64,000 nucleotides of DNA from Callorhinchus milii (taxonomy: Eukaryota), in the NCBI RefSeq assembly GCF_018977255.1, contig NW_024704743.1:79114001-79178000 (forward strand), written 5' to 3'. Below the pieces are notes generated by a model. The model was not told the DNA's origin. It did no database searches and saw nothing but the letters and a program-made list of their open reading frames with translations. This document shows, one piece after another, positions 1 to 11,258 of this stretch; the stretch's first letter is position 1, and every line of letters begins with the position of its first letter. The position numbers and the translations under genes were made by a program.

Positions 1-714
1 CCAGCTTCTCATTTGAATTTCACTTAATTTCATTAAAAATGCAGGCTAGCATATGGTGCATAGAAAGTATACGCCTGCTCTACAGAACAAACACAATCTG
101 CAGCTATGTTGTACTTGCCTAATAATGGTAATTATTAGTGCAGAAATTATTAGTGTGTCAGTACATAGAGAAATGTGACCAATCATGCATGCACTCATCA
201 TGTTTCATTTCATTGTTCACCACACCAGTAATTTCTTGTTGTGAAGGAAACTATAGAGCTACGACTTCAGTTATAAATCATTTTAGGAGCAGTCTGTTCC
301 TTTAATGGTTCAGAGTGCATTTATCCATAGTTGTTTTTTTTGTATCATTTATAAAGGGTGTCCTTTCCATTAAGTGATGTTTGGACCGTTTGTTATTATA
401 CTGAACCAGGTATGAGTTGCTGAATATTCCATTCAGATAGTCAGTTGCAGAGAAATGAATTGCTATGTGAAGTAAAATGCTAGAATTGCAATCTTTTCAT
501 GAACTCACAATCTTTTCTCCCATTTACTTGTGGAAAAGCCAAATGTCTTGAAATAACTTCATCCATGAGGACCAAACATGAAGCAGTATAAGTATATGGC
601 AGCACACAGAGAGGGAGAGTAATGTAATACAGTACCATCTTGCCTGTTTAATGCTTAATTACTTTTATAATAAATAATGAACCTTGAATTTTATTATACA
701 TCATTTCACATCAA

Positions 715-2165
715 GAGGAGAGCATCTGGGCAATAGTGATCATAACATCATTAGATTCAGAGTACTTATGGAAAGAGACCATCTATGGTGAAGATATTCA
801 ACTGGAAGAGGGCAAATTTCAGTGAGTTAAAAAGCGTCCTAGCCAAGGTGGACTGGAAAGAAAGATTGGTAGGTAAAACAACTAAAGAGCAGTGGGAAAT
901 CTTCAAGGATGAGATAGCTCGGGGACAGAATAAATACATTCCCACAAAAGGGAAAAGTAGGGCTTCCAAATCTCCCTGGATGACGAAGGTAATTGTATCT
1001 AGAATGAAGCAGAAAAAGGAAGCATATGACAAATGTCAAACCCAAGATACAGAAGACAACCAAATAGAATATAGGAAGTGCAGAAGAGGTTTGAAAAACA
1101 ACAACAACAACAACAACAAGATTCCATTTATAGAGCGCCTTTCACGTCGAGAGGACGTCCCAAGGCGCTGAAATAAGGAAATAAGTGGGGCAAAAAGATT
1201 ATACAAAGAAAGGTTAGTGGGTAACATTAAAGGGAATTCAAAAGTATTTTACAAACATATCAAGAAAAAAAAGGCTAGTCAAAGGTAGGATGGGGCCAAT
1301 TAAGGATCAAGGAGGAAATCTTAGGTAGTGCAGTTGATGTAGTTTATATGGACTTTCAAAAGGCATTTGACAAAGTGCCACATGAAAGACTTGCAAGAAA
1401 GATAGAAGCCCATGATATAAAAGGGACAGTGGCAGCATGGATCCAGAACTGGCTGGGACACAGAAAGCAGAGTTGTGGTGAACGGCTGCTTTTCTGACTG
1501 GAGGGAAGTGTACAGTGGCAACCCCCAGGGATCGGTATTAGGACCACTGCTCTTCTTAATGAACATAAATGATCTGGACTTGGGTATAGCAAGTACCATT
1601 TCGAAGTTTGCGGACAACACAAAGTTAGGTAGGATAGTAAATGGTGAGAAGGATAGTAACCAACTGCAGGAAGACATAGACAGAATGGTAAAATGAGCAG
1701 ACACATGGCAGGTGAATTTCAATGTGGAGAAATGCAAGGTAATGCATTTTGGTAGAAAGAATGAAGGGAGGCAATATAGGCTAAATAATACAATCTTAAG
1801 GGAGGTGAAGGAACAGAGAGACCTGGGGGTTCAGGTAAATGAATGCTTGAAGGTGGCAGGACAGGTAGATAAAGCTGTAAAAAGGGCATATGGGATACTA
1901 GGCTTTATAAATAGGGGCATAGAGTACAAGAGTCAGGAGGTTATGATTAACCTATATAAAACACTGGTTAGGTCTCAGTTAGAATACTGCGCCCCGTTCC
2001 GGACACAATGTTAAGGCATTGGAAAGGGTGCAGAGGAGATTTACGAGGATGGTACCAGGAATGAGGGACCTTGATTATGAGGAAAGGCTGGAGAGGCTGG
2101 GATTATTCTCATTGGAGCAGAGAAGGTTACGAGGAGACCTAATAGAGGTCTTCAAAATCATGAGG
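715..2165 (+). mobile_element. CR1 LINE ORF2 fragment (degenerate reverse transcriptase), internally deleted near 1320
   Basis: Translations include FNWKRANF, SPWMT, VDVVYMDFQKAFDKVPH, PQGSVLGPLLF, SKFADNTK, FNVEKCKVMHFG and LYKTLVRSQLEYC, broken by stops and frameshifts. Confidence 0.95.
1097..1170 (-). mobile_element. Extremely 5'-truncated L2 3' tail inserted in the CR1
   Basis: Reverse complement reads CAGCGCCTTGGGACGTCCTCTCGACGTGAAAGGCGCTCTATAAATGGAATC(TTG)n. It interrupts the CR1 frame at KCRRGLK/KEI; TGAAA is repeated at 1092-1096 and 1169-1173. Confidence 0.85.
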
Positions 2166-2650
2166 TTAAAAACACCTTGCAATACAGTGTAAATGGTCCT
2201 TCACCTCCTGACTGCATTGACATAAGTGTTGTCCCTGTATCAGTAAATTTAACAAGTCTACTGTCTATTGGCAGATAGTCAAAAGATCTCCTCCAAGGTC
2301 TTTCCTGCCTTACTAAAATTAATTGGTAAGGAGTATCCCATGCTTGACCAATTAATTTGACAGGCAATGCAAAGCCATGCAAGAGTGAAAACTATCAATT
2401 AGAGAAATTGGGAAAAAGTATTTACGTGAACAAACTATTTTGGTTGGATAAGATTTGTGTATCATGTATTCTAAAAAATATATATACCCTGTATAATCAC
2501 ACAAAATTGGAAGTTGTCCTGCTCGGGTATTGTAACCTGAAACGACCTCTTCCCTCACTGCAGTGGGTCAATAAAGTTTACAATGGTTGATTGTTGAAAC
2601 TGTCTTTGAATTGTGTTTTATGTAGCGCATCTAGCTACGACATTTACAGT

Positions 2651-2935
2651 ACTAGCCTTGCAAGCGAGAGACCTGGGTTCGATTCCCAGCAGGGTGAAAC
2701 CTTGGGCAAGTTTCCTTACTCAGCACGCCTGATAATAATCCCTCAAGAAAAAAAAAGCAATAACATTTGGTCACTCAATCCACGACTGTTTTGTGGGACA
2801 CTGCTGTCTGCAATTGGCTGCCCCGTTTTGCCCACAAATATACGGTCATTTCCCTTTATAGTATGTCCTGTGAAGCGCTTTGAGACATCTGAAAGACGTG
2901 AATAGCACCATATCAAATGCAAGGATTATTATTAT
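2651..2935 (+). mobile_element. tRNA-Ala-derived SINE, 5'-truncated
   Basis: B-box GGTTCGATTCCC, body and (ATT)n tail are homologous to the full copy at 5671. Confidence 0.9.
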
Positions 2936-3343
2936 ATAAATGTAAGTGGAAATGTATTTTCCTCGTACATGCTACCTTTTGCAGGTATCAGTTTGGTATA
3001 TTTGGCCAAGATAATAAGAAAAACATTTTTATTATTTGAAACAAATGTGTGTAACAAATACAATTCAGTCTCCTTCTTTCATTGTTGCTATTAACTTGTG
3101 ATTATTTGATCTGATGAGCATGGCAAGCTGAGGACCCCTACTGGAATTCGACTGGATTCCAGACCTAGCTCTGCAGGAGCAGCTCTATGAGATTATTAGA
3201 ATGATCACACCAGTACATTTTACTGCTTATAACACACAATTACTCTCTGTGATATGTCCTGTGAAAAAACATGATGTGACAATTATTACACCGCTGAAAA
3301 ATGTGAAAAATTAAACATTTATGAATTAGTCTCGGACGTGATC

Positions 3344-3465
3344 CCATTCCAATACACGGGAATTTCCATGCGAAGGTGGGCTGCATGGAACTTTCATTTT
3401 GTTTTGGTAACTTAATAAGTGTAGTGATGGGTTCCCACACGTGTCAAACACCCAGATGACCAAAA
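3344..3465. mobile_element. Palindromic MITE-like family, right-arm fragment
   Basis: Aligns by eye with 34240-34365 and with the reverse complements of 28167-28300 and 43185-43320. Confidence 0.6.
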
Positions 3466-4554
3466 GTATATGTGCTAATTAACACACCACATACCAAAAT
3501 CTGAAGTTCAGCTCGAGGGTATAAGAAATTTATTCTTTGTCTGACAATGGACTATGAAATAGGAAATGTAATTGCCTTTTATCTTAATCCTCAGCATTTT
3601 TTCTTTTTCATAGTACAAAGCTACATTTCATTTGTAGCTATTATATCTTCTGTTTGCAATGTCACTTTAACTGCTTGAACAAAAATCTAGTTAAAGAGGA
3701 AACACAAAGTGAAAACCCAAATTACCTGGAATGTACTTCGATAAATCTTTGTCATTTCAAACTTATTTTGATCTGTTTAACTCTACAATCTAAGGAAAGG
3801 CAGAACATGTTGCTGTTTCATATTAAAAGTGGTGTCTTTTTTCATAAAGATTTTTGAGGAAAAACATTGTTAATTTTCAAGATGTAAGGTAGTGGTTTAG
3901 AGAGAGTTTCCAGCCAGGCTCTGTTCCTGGACCAGTAATCTGTGTACCATATTGAGCATCTGGAAAAGTTTGTCCTGCAGTAAACCCTTTATGTGCTCCA
4001 GCATGAAATACTGCAATGCAGTTTGTATATAAATTATTAGATAAAAAAGTAACACTTTAGGCACCAAATATGATAGACGACACCAATGGTTGTGCACTTC
4101 ATTTAAGGGTGAATAGTATTGTAATTTGAGATCCCTAAACCACTTTAATTTTTTTTTGCTTAATATTTATTTTCACGGATTGCTCACCCAAGAAGGAAAG
4201 AAATTCACTCTCCCCAGCCAAAAAAAATAAGTGTTTACGATTGGACATCCTAGACCTCAGGGTCAATTAGTAAAAAATGTAATTTAACTGCCTCTCTCAA
4301 TCGTTGTGCCCAAGAAACAAGTTGTACATGTGACCTTGAAATCCTTTGCATTTGACATTGGTGCAAAAGTGTGAAAAGTTTAATTTCCTTTCTCCTTGAT
4401 GATCACAAAATATGCAACCATATTGCACCCCCCAAAAAACGGAATTAATAAAATACTATAAGATATTAGTATAGAATCATGGATTCAAGAATCCTCTTCA
4501 GAAAGTAATTTTCCAAATTACCATTTATAGTTTTTTTTCCTCTGCAGATTTTTG

Positions 4555-4780
4555 CCATGCCTTCATCCACTAGCCACTACGCCCTGATTCTCTGGAACTC
4601 AATCTCTCCGCATTGCTCTCTCTTTACCCATCTTCAGATCGCACCTGAAGTCTTTCCTCTTCGACTGTGCCTGCGGTCACCTACCCTTTCTCCCCTGGCT
4701 CTGCATCAAACTACATCATCGTTCAGTGCTTTGAAACGCTACCCGCATGAATGGTGCTATAAGGATTCAAATTGTTGTTA
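4555..4780 (+). mobile_element. L2 LINE 3' end fragment
   Basis: AGCCACTACGCCC…CTGGAACTC…CTCTTCGACTGTGCC…tail ending ttgttgtt, as in other L2 copies. Confidence 0.75.
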
Positions 4781-4889
4781 TTCTGGGCACAATTTTTTAA
4801 TTCTGCTTTATTGCTGCTTAAGCTCATCTTGAAGTCTGTGAGAGTTAAATAATAACCCTATGGCAAGAAAGATAAATTTGCTGCGTATT

Positions 4890-5262
4890 TGTATTGAGCT
4901 AGACAAATATTGTCTTTTTACCTCTGAGATCTGGGTATGAATCCAGCCTAAACAATGTGGCATGTGGTTCTCTCTGTGTCTCTGCGGGCTATATCCATCA
5001 TGCAATAATTGGCACTATTTTGGCAGCCTTACACAGAGAGGCCACGAGGATGGCTCGTCATTGAAATTAAAAGCTTTCTCTGGTGCCACCCTTCTTGGGC
5101 TGTGGTTGATGTAAATTGCTAGCAGAATGGAAGCTTTACTCTGCATCTAGTCTGTGCTATAACTTAGTAACCTGGGAGGTGACAGGTTCTGATGCTGGTT
5201 GGTAAATATAGGGAAGTGTTTATTACTCAGGACTGACATCCCTCATTTCCATATGCACAAAG
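4890..5262 (+). mobile_element. Ancient LF-SINE-like element
   Basis: CTTTTTACCTCTGAGATCTGGGTATGAATCCAGCC and AATTGGCACTATTTTGGCAGCCTTACACAGAGAGGCCA resemble the LF-SINE consensus as I recall it (CCTTTCACCTCTAGGTCACTGGGTTCGAATCCAGCC; AATTGGCAC…TTGGCAGTCTCAGCAGAGAGGCCA). Confidence 0.65.
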
Positions 5263-5344
5263 ATGAAGCTTTGGGGTTATGTTCTGACATTTCATAACTA
5301 TTCTCCACATTATTAATCGCTGGCAATAATTAAGATGGAGTTTG

Positions 5345-6400
5345 TAATACAATACAAAATTACATATGTATAGTGCCTTTCACATTGGGAGAACGACTGA
5401 AGGAACTGGACAATCAGGGATTTGTATCCGAGTTGGGGGAGGTGTGCTGGGATCAGGGTGGGTGGAGGTAGGGATGGGAGGAGGGTGGCCGAAGGCACGG
5501 TCGAAGAGGACAGTCTTGAGATGTGCCTTGAAGGAGGCAAGTGAGAGAGCGAGGCGAATGGAATATAGGATGGAGTTCCAAAGGGTGGGGCAGAGAGGCT
5601 GAAGCCCGACCACCGATAGTAAGCAGAGGGAGCAGACAGGTTGATATGGGAGTCAGCAGGTTGGAGAGGTGGAGTCCTGTAGCTCAGTGGTTAGAGCACT
5701 CGCTTTGCAAGCGAGAGACCTGAGTTCAATTCCAGGCAGGGCGAAACCTTGGGCAAGTTTCCTTACTCCACATGCCTAGTAGTAATCCCTCCGAAAAAAC
5801 AAAACAATAATAAATTGGTCATTTTCAATCTACGACTGTTTGTGGGGCATTGCTGTGCGCAATTGGCTGCCGCATTCGCCCACAAATATACAGTCAATTC
5901 ACGTTACAGTGTGTTCTGTGAAGCGCTTTGGGACGTCCTCCCGACGTGAAAAGCGCTATATCAAATGCAAGGTTTATTATTATTATTATAGGAAGGGGTG
6001 AGGATGTGGAGGGCCTTGAAGGTGAGGACGAGGATTTTGAACTCCATCTTCTGAGGGATGGGGAGCCAGTGGAGTCAGGCGAGGGTGGGACTGATGAGGT
6101 CATGGAGCCTGGTGCAGGAGAGGACTGCAGAGTTCTGGATGATCTGCAGCTAGTGGAGGGAAGAGTTAGGAAGGCCGACAAGCAGGGAGTTGGTGAAGTT
6201 GAGCCTAGATGTGAAGAACGTATGAATGAGGGTTTCGGTGGCCTGCTGTGTGAGACAGTGGTGGAGTGGGCCATGGTGCAGAGGTGGGAGGAAGGCAGAG
6301 CAGATCATGGCACGGATGCGGGGAGAAAGGATAGTTGAGGGACTCCCAAGGTTCCGGACTGGCTCAATGAGGTGAAGTGTGCATCAATAGATGGTGACGC
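5345..6400 (-). mobile_element. L2 LINE 3' fragment interrupted by a SINE
   Basis: Minus-strand translation contains PTLWNS…SFKAHLKTVLFDRAF, followed by an L2 stem-loop tail; colinear with 8389-9181. Confidence 0.9.
5671..5989 (+). mobile_element. Full-length young tRNA-Ala-derived SINE (partial Deu domain, L2 tail)
   Basis: GGAGTCCTGTAGCTCAGTGGTTAGAGCACTCGCTTTGCAAGCGAGAGACCTGAGTTCAATTCC head with A and B boxes and a TGC anticodon loop; tail GCGCTATATCAAATGCAAGG(TTA)n; near-identical to 18441 and 42492. Confidence 0.95.
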
Positions 6401-6427
6401 TGATGTTTAATGTTAAACAATAGAGTG

Positions 6428-6440
6428 CCACTAGATGGCA
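6428..6440 (+). promoter_or_regulatory. CTCF-like motif
   Basis: CCACTAGATGGCA matches the CTCF core CCAC(C/T)AG(A/G)(G/T)GGC(A/G). Motif match only. Confidence 0.45.
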
Positions 6441-6484
6441 ACTCCTCTCCAGAACAATGGTCTCTCCAAACTGCAGCTCGCATA

Positions 6485-6620
6485 AATAATAATGTAATAA
6501 TCCTGGCATTAGATATAGCGCTGTATTTACATCTTCTAGACATCTCAAACTGCTTCACAGAATATACTGTAAAGTGAATTGACTGCATATTTTGTGGATG
6601 AAAAGTGGCAGCTAATTGCC
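6485..6620 (-). mobile_element. SINE 3' half
   Basis: Reverse complement of the SINE body and tail (CAGTCAATTCACTTTACAGTATATTCTGTGAAGCAG…). Confidence 0.8.
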
Positions 6621-7247
6621 TACAGATTTTAATAGCTGTCGGCTTGAATTTGGGAATTGTTTTTCACTGTAATTTGTAGACTGTGGGGCATTTGTAAAAC
6701 ATTTTCTTATTTTAATGTTAGTTTTTCAGGCGTGATCTGCCACAAAAGTGTGAAATAATCACACTCTCCAGGGCATCAATTAGTTTTTAATCATTTGAGT
6801 ACCCTGAGTACCATAAATTAGATCTGTTAATCTACACACCAAGCAATCCCCCTAAAGCACATTTCTTGAGGAAGCTATTTAACCTTCTAATGTAAGATCA
6901 TTGTGGCATAGTGTGTGCCAGATTGGGAACAAGCTCAACAATGCTCTTATTTGGGGCTGTTTCTGCTGGGTTCATTCCACGCACAATCAAACAGGAATTC
7001 TTCAAATCACTACCGTGCTACAGAGGGTAAGGGAATGGTAAACAATGCTGGCTCAGTATTTGAGGAGAAAGAAAAATGAGGGAAATAATTTACTATTTAT
7101 GTACAATCACATACAATCATGTACAATCTGATATGTTCATGGTCCACTCAGCTAACCCAATGTGAAAGGCCGATACAAATGTAATTTTGTATTGCATTGT
7201 ATATACTAATTATGGACAATCATATATAATCTGATTAATCTAACGAC

Positions 7248-7561
7248 TAATAATAATAAACCTTGCATTTGATATATCGCTTTTCACGTCTTCTAGATGT
7301 CTCAAAGCGCTTCACAGAATATACTGTAAAATTAATTGATTGTGTATTTGTGGGCAAAACGTGGCAGCCAGTTGCGCCCAGCAGCGTCCCACAAACAGTC
7401 ATCGATTGAAGTGACTGATTTATTATTGGGTTTTTTTCTTGCGGGATTATTATCAGGTGTGTAGAATAAGGAAACTTGCCCAAGGTTTCACCCTGCCAGG
7501 AATCGAACCCAGGTCTCTCGCTTGTGAGGCAAGTGCTCTAACCACTGAGCTACAGGACTCC
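7248..7561 (-). mobile_element. Full-length tRNA-derived SINE (older tail type)
   Basis: Ends …ACCACTGAGCTACAGGACTCC on +, the reverse complement of the head; (TAA)n tail at the left. Confidence 0.95.
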
Positions 7562-8388
7562 ATAATATGGAGGATATGAAATTATGAAATGTCAGAATGT
7601 AACTCCATGTTTCATCTTTATGCATGAAAGTGAGGGATATCAGTCCTGAGGAATAAACACTATTTATGTACAGTCATGTACAATCTGATATGTTTGTGGT
7701 CCACTAAGGTAACCACATATAGTAATTCTTGGATTTGGTACAGTGCTTTATCATGTCAAAACTTCTCAAAGTGTATCACAGAGATTTATCTGTAGTGTTC
7801 AGTAACTGTCTATTTGCAGACAAACGCAGCCTTCAATTTGCACCTCCGAAGGCTCGTCAGCTCTCTGTAAATGGGGTCATATTTAAGGGTGTTTATGAAC
7901 AAGTTATTTTATTCCCACAAGGACTTAATTTTCCCGTTTTTATCAAGAATGTAATATTGAAAAGTGCATTAATACAGTTTGCATTAATTTTAAAATTGAG
8001 GGTTCTTAAAAACTCAGGACCACATATGATATTTTCTTTAATGCACAATTCAAACCTGTGGTTTCTATAGATCAACCAATGCATCTCTGGCATATTTTTA
8101 TAGCCGCTGCAAGCAGGCTCCAGGAGTATTTAGCAGCAAGGGCACTGTTATTCTGTTAATTCTGCTCTTTGCCACTAGGGGGGGTAAATAATATTCATAC
8201 ACAGTATATTGTTCATAAAAAAATTACAGGGACAATATTTAACTATTGTTGCGATAACTGAAGGTTAGCAGGAAAAATAGAGGCAGAAGAAGGAAATCCT
8301 GATTTTTAAAGGCAGTGATAAAACAAGGTTTAGGAGTCACAGATAAAGTGAAAACAGAAAGGAAAAGAAAGAACTTGCATTTTTATAA

Positions 8389-9181
8389 CAATACAAAATT
8401 ACATTTGTATAGCGCCCTTCACATCGGGAGGACGTCCCAAGGCGCTGGACAGTCAGGGATTTAGACCCGAGCTGGGGCAGAGGGGATTGAGGTAAGGGAG
8501 GGTGGAGGGCAGGGAGGGTAGGAGGGTGGCCGAAAGCACGGTCGAAGAGGAGGGTCTTGAGACGTACCCTGAAGGAGGCAACAGAGAGAGCAACACAAAG
8601 AAAATGTGGGATGGAGTTCCAAAGCGTGGGGGTGGGTGGAAAACTGAAGGGCCAACAGCCGATAGTGGGGCGGGCCGGCCAATCAGGGGACGTAGAGCCT
8701 GCTGAGCGGAGAGAGCAGACGTTGATAGGGGCAGCAGGTCACTGAGGTTGGAGGGGAAAGGCCGTGGAGGGCCTTGAAGGCGAAGACGAGGATTTTGAAC
8801 TCGATCCTCTGAGGGATGGGGAGCCAGTGGAGCCGGGCGAGGGTGGGCGTGATGGGGTCATGGAGCTTTGTGCGGGAGAGGACACAAGCTGCAGAGTTCT
8901 GGATGATCTTCAGCCTGTAGAGGGAACAGTTGGGAAGGCCGACAAGTAGGGAGTGGGCGTAGTCGAGCCTAGATGTGATGAACGCGTGAATGAGGGTATC
9001 GGCGGCCTGAGGCAGTGGCAAAGCAGGGCAATGTTGCAGAGGTGGGGGAAGCCAGAGGCGTGTCATGGCGCAGATGTGGAGGAGAAAGGATAGTTGAGAG
9101 TCAAACAAGTCACCAAGGTTCCGGATTGGCTCAGTGAGGTGAAGTGTGCATCCATGGATGCTGATGCTGTCAGTACCTGCA
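8389..9181 (-). mobile_element. L2 LINE 3' fragment
   Basis: Minus ORF contains LIHAFITSRLDY…IQNSAA…ITPTLARLHWLPIPQRIEFKILV…FKALHG, the canonical L2 ORF2 C-terminus. Confidence 0.95.
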
Positions 9182-9389
9182 TATAATGCCAATGATGTTA
9201 AAGCATCTCAAAGCACTTTAAGTAATTACTGTCATGGCTAGTGACATTTTTATAGAGAAATGCAGCAGTTATTTTGCACAAAGCAAACTACCTGAACGCT
9301 TGAAAGGTAAAATTATTAACTTATCTGGAAAATTGTTGCCAGGACACCGAAAGAAACTACCTTCTCTCTTCAAATAGTGCTGTAGGATC
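9182..9389 (-). mobile_element. Deu-domain (SacSINE1-like) SINE; its last ~25 nt are displaced to 8362-8388 by the L2 insertion
   Basis: Reverse complement GATCCTACAGCACTATTTGAAGAGAGAAGG…GGTGTCCTGGCAAC…TGTGCAAAATAACTGCTGCATTTC…AAAGTGCTTTGAGATG. Confidence 0.75.
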
Positions 9390-9790
9390 ACAAGATATGG
9401 ATGAAAAAGCCCTTTGGCCCATTTAATCTAATCCATCCAGAATACTCAGCAAATCATCTTCCCATTATAGCTACTCCTTAAATGAGTCCAGCGCACCAAT
9501 CTCAACCATCTTTTCTGGTTATCCTTCCCAGCCATTCTTTAGCCTCTGTGTAAAGAAATATGTCCCTGTGTCTGTCTCGAAGTTACCCTCGTCAACACTG
9601 AACTCGTGACCTGTTGCCTTAGCATATCCAAAAGCATTGTTTTGGGTTTACTTCCTCAAACCCATTTAACATCGGCGAAACCACTATAAGGTCCACTGAG
9701 ATATCTCTTTTCAAGGTTGGAAATCGTTAGCTTATTGAGTCGTTCCTCATAGTTCGACCCTCTAACACTGAGAATTATCCTCGTGTTCAC
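9390..9790 (-). mobile_element. CR1 LINE 3' end fragment
   Basis: Reverse complement gives the ORF2 end (YEERLNKL…LEKRYLSG…) and the 3' motif GATTAAATGGGCCAAAGGGCTTTTTC. Confidence 0.75.
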
Positions 9791-10589
9791 TTTTGAAGCT
9801 GCAGGTTGGTAAATTAAAGCACCAGTTAAAAATTATGGGAAAATGTTCATTTGTGGCCAAGGTAAAGGAACTCTGTTTTACAGCAGAGCATCTTGAGATC
9901 AACTAAGATACCGTACAATCAAATTCTGCCGATCAAATACTTTCCACGTACAAAGTTATTTCCATGTGTTGCGATGTTAATGCCATGGAAAAGATCAGTT
10001 CCATTTGATTAAATATTTGAAAAGTGCAGTTTAACAAAAAAATCACTTTTGTTCTAATTTTAGGCTAGCCACTTCTAATACTGCAATTACTTATTAATCC
10101 AAGAGCTGTGTAAACAGAAGCTTCAGTGCTCAAATTGAGGGCCCTATGTTTAGTGTGTGTATGTGTGTGTGTGTGTGTGTTTGGCATGGGGAGGTCTGTT
10201 TCTCATTTTTGTAATGTTTTTTCCACAAGTTATAATTCCCACTCTGCAAGTTTTGTGGACTCTGCTGATCTCAAAGATTTTTTTAAACCTTTTTAAAAAC
10301 TGCAAAATGTACTAGGACTATTGTAAACTACATGCCAATCACGTGTTTGTCTCAGCCAAACAAACAACATGTTATTCTAATGCTGGAGTTATTGTGGGAA
10401 TGGGGAGTTACTTTTACCTCTCAAAGCCAAACTGGAAAGAGAAATGCCAGGTTTGTTCTCTCTGCCCCCAACACTAACAGTGAGCAATAACACCCCATAT
10501 GATCAAACATTTTGTGTGTGTATGTGTTGGGGTGTGGGGGGGGAGGGAGGTACCAGTTTTTAGCCCTACAATTGTTCTGTTACCATTCC

Positions 10590-10985
10590 TCAAGGATGGG
10601 GTTCACACTAAGGCATGGTGCTAAAGCCATCACTTGTCCTCTGGTACCTTGACCAAATGATCATTCTTCATATATGGGCCTATTTTACGAGGTTATGTAA
10701 CAATTCTAGAGGGAGGAATAAAATTATTTCCTTAACGCTGTCCCTCTGTATTGATTACGGATCTCTATGAATAGATTCTTTATAACTGCTGTGTTTAATA
10801 GTGATTGGGAGTGGGACACCTGACTGATTTTTTGTTCTCCTCAGCCCAAACTAGGGCAACTATAGTATCCTGTTGAAATCCTGTGTGAGATCAGCTAGCT
10901 CCACCCAGACTGGGGATCTGCTCTGTATGGCCTTGGCTCAGGTTCACATTGGGCACTGGCTTTGCCAAATGAATGATCATGGGGT
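10590..10985 (-). mobile_element. Old, diverged tRNA-derived SINE-like relic, family uncertain
   Basis: Reverse complement GCCATACAGAGCAG…GAGCTAGCTGATCTCAC…AAAAATCAGTCAGGTGTCCCACTCCCAATCAC resembles ancient gnathostome SINE consensus sequences as I recall them. Confidence 0.45.
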
Positions 10986-11036
10986 TAAATTTCATCTCTT
11001 TTGTGTCATTTTGGCTACTGAAACATCCCTAAATAT

Positions 11037-11258
11037 AACATAACATGTAGGAGCAGGAGTAGGCCATTCGGCCCTTCGAGCCTGCCCCGCCATTCAATCA
11101 TGGCTGATCTTCTAATCTAACTCCAGCTAATAACCTGACCCTGTCTTATCCCCATATCCCTTAATCCCTTTTACAATAAGAAATCTATCTATCTCAGTCT
11201 TGAATATGTTCAAGGACTGAGCGTCAACAGCCCTTTAGGGTAGTGAGTTCCATACATT
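11037..11258 (-). mobile_element. Shark-type CR1 3' UTR fragment
   Basis: GGAGCAGGAGTAGGCCATTCGGCCCTTCGAGCCTGCCCCGCCATTCAATCATGGCTGATCT is the typical reverse-strand CR1 3' stem-loop region. Confidence 0.85.

Noticed and set aside
785..2014. RT-like ORFs as a functional reverse transcriptase system
   Set aside because: Fragmented CR1 ORF2 with stops, frameshifts, an internal deletion and a nested insertion; the same applies to 21810-24160.
5671..5745. tRNA-Ala genes (also about 7490-7561, 18441 and 42492)
   Set aside because: A/B boxes and the anticodon arm are present, but the T-arm is disrupted in young copies and each continues into the same SINE body and tail; these are SINE heads.
5928..6338. 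Recurring MEGLEGEDEDFEL… ORF family (also 8764, 16205, 61121)
   Set aside because: These are the antisense reading frames of L2 ORF2 fragments, not a gene family.
10153..10180. Simple microsatellites ((TG)n here; also about 27287, 34914, 42024, 47409)
   Set aside because: Ordinary vertebrate microsatellites with no further structure.
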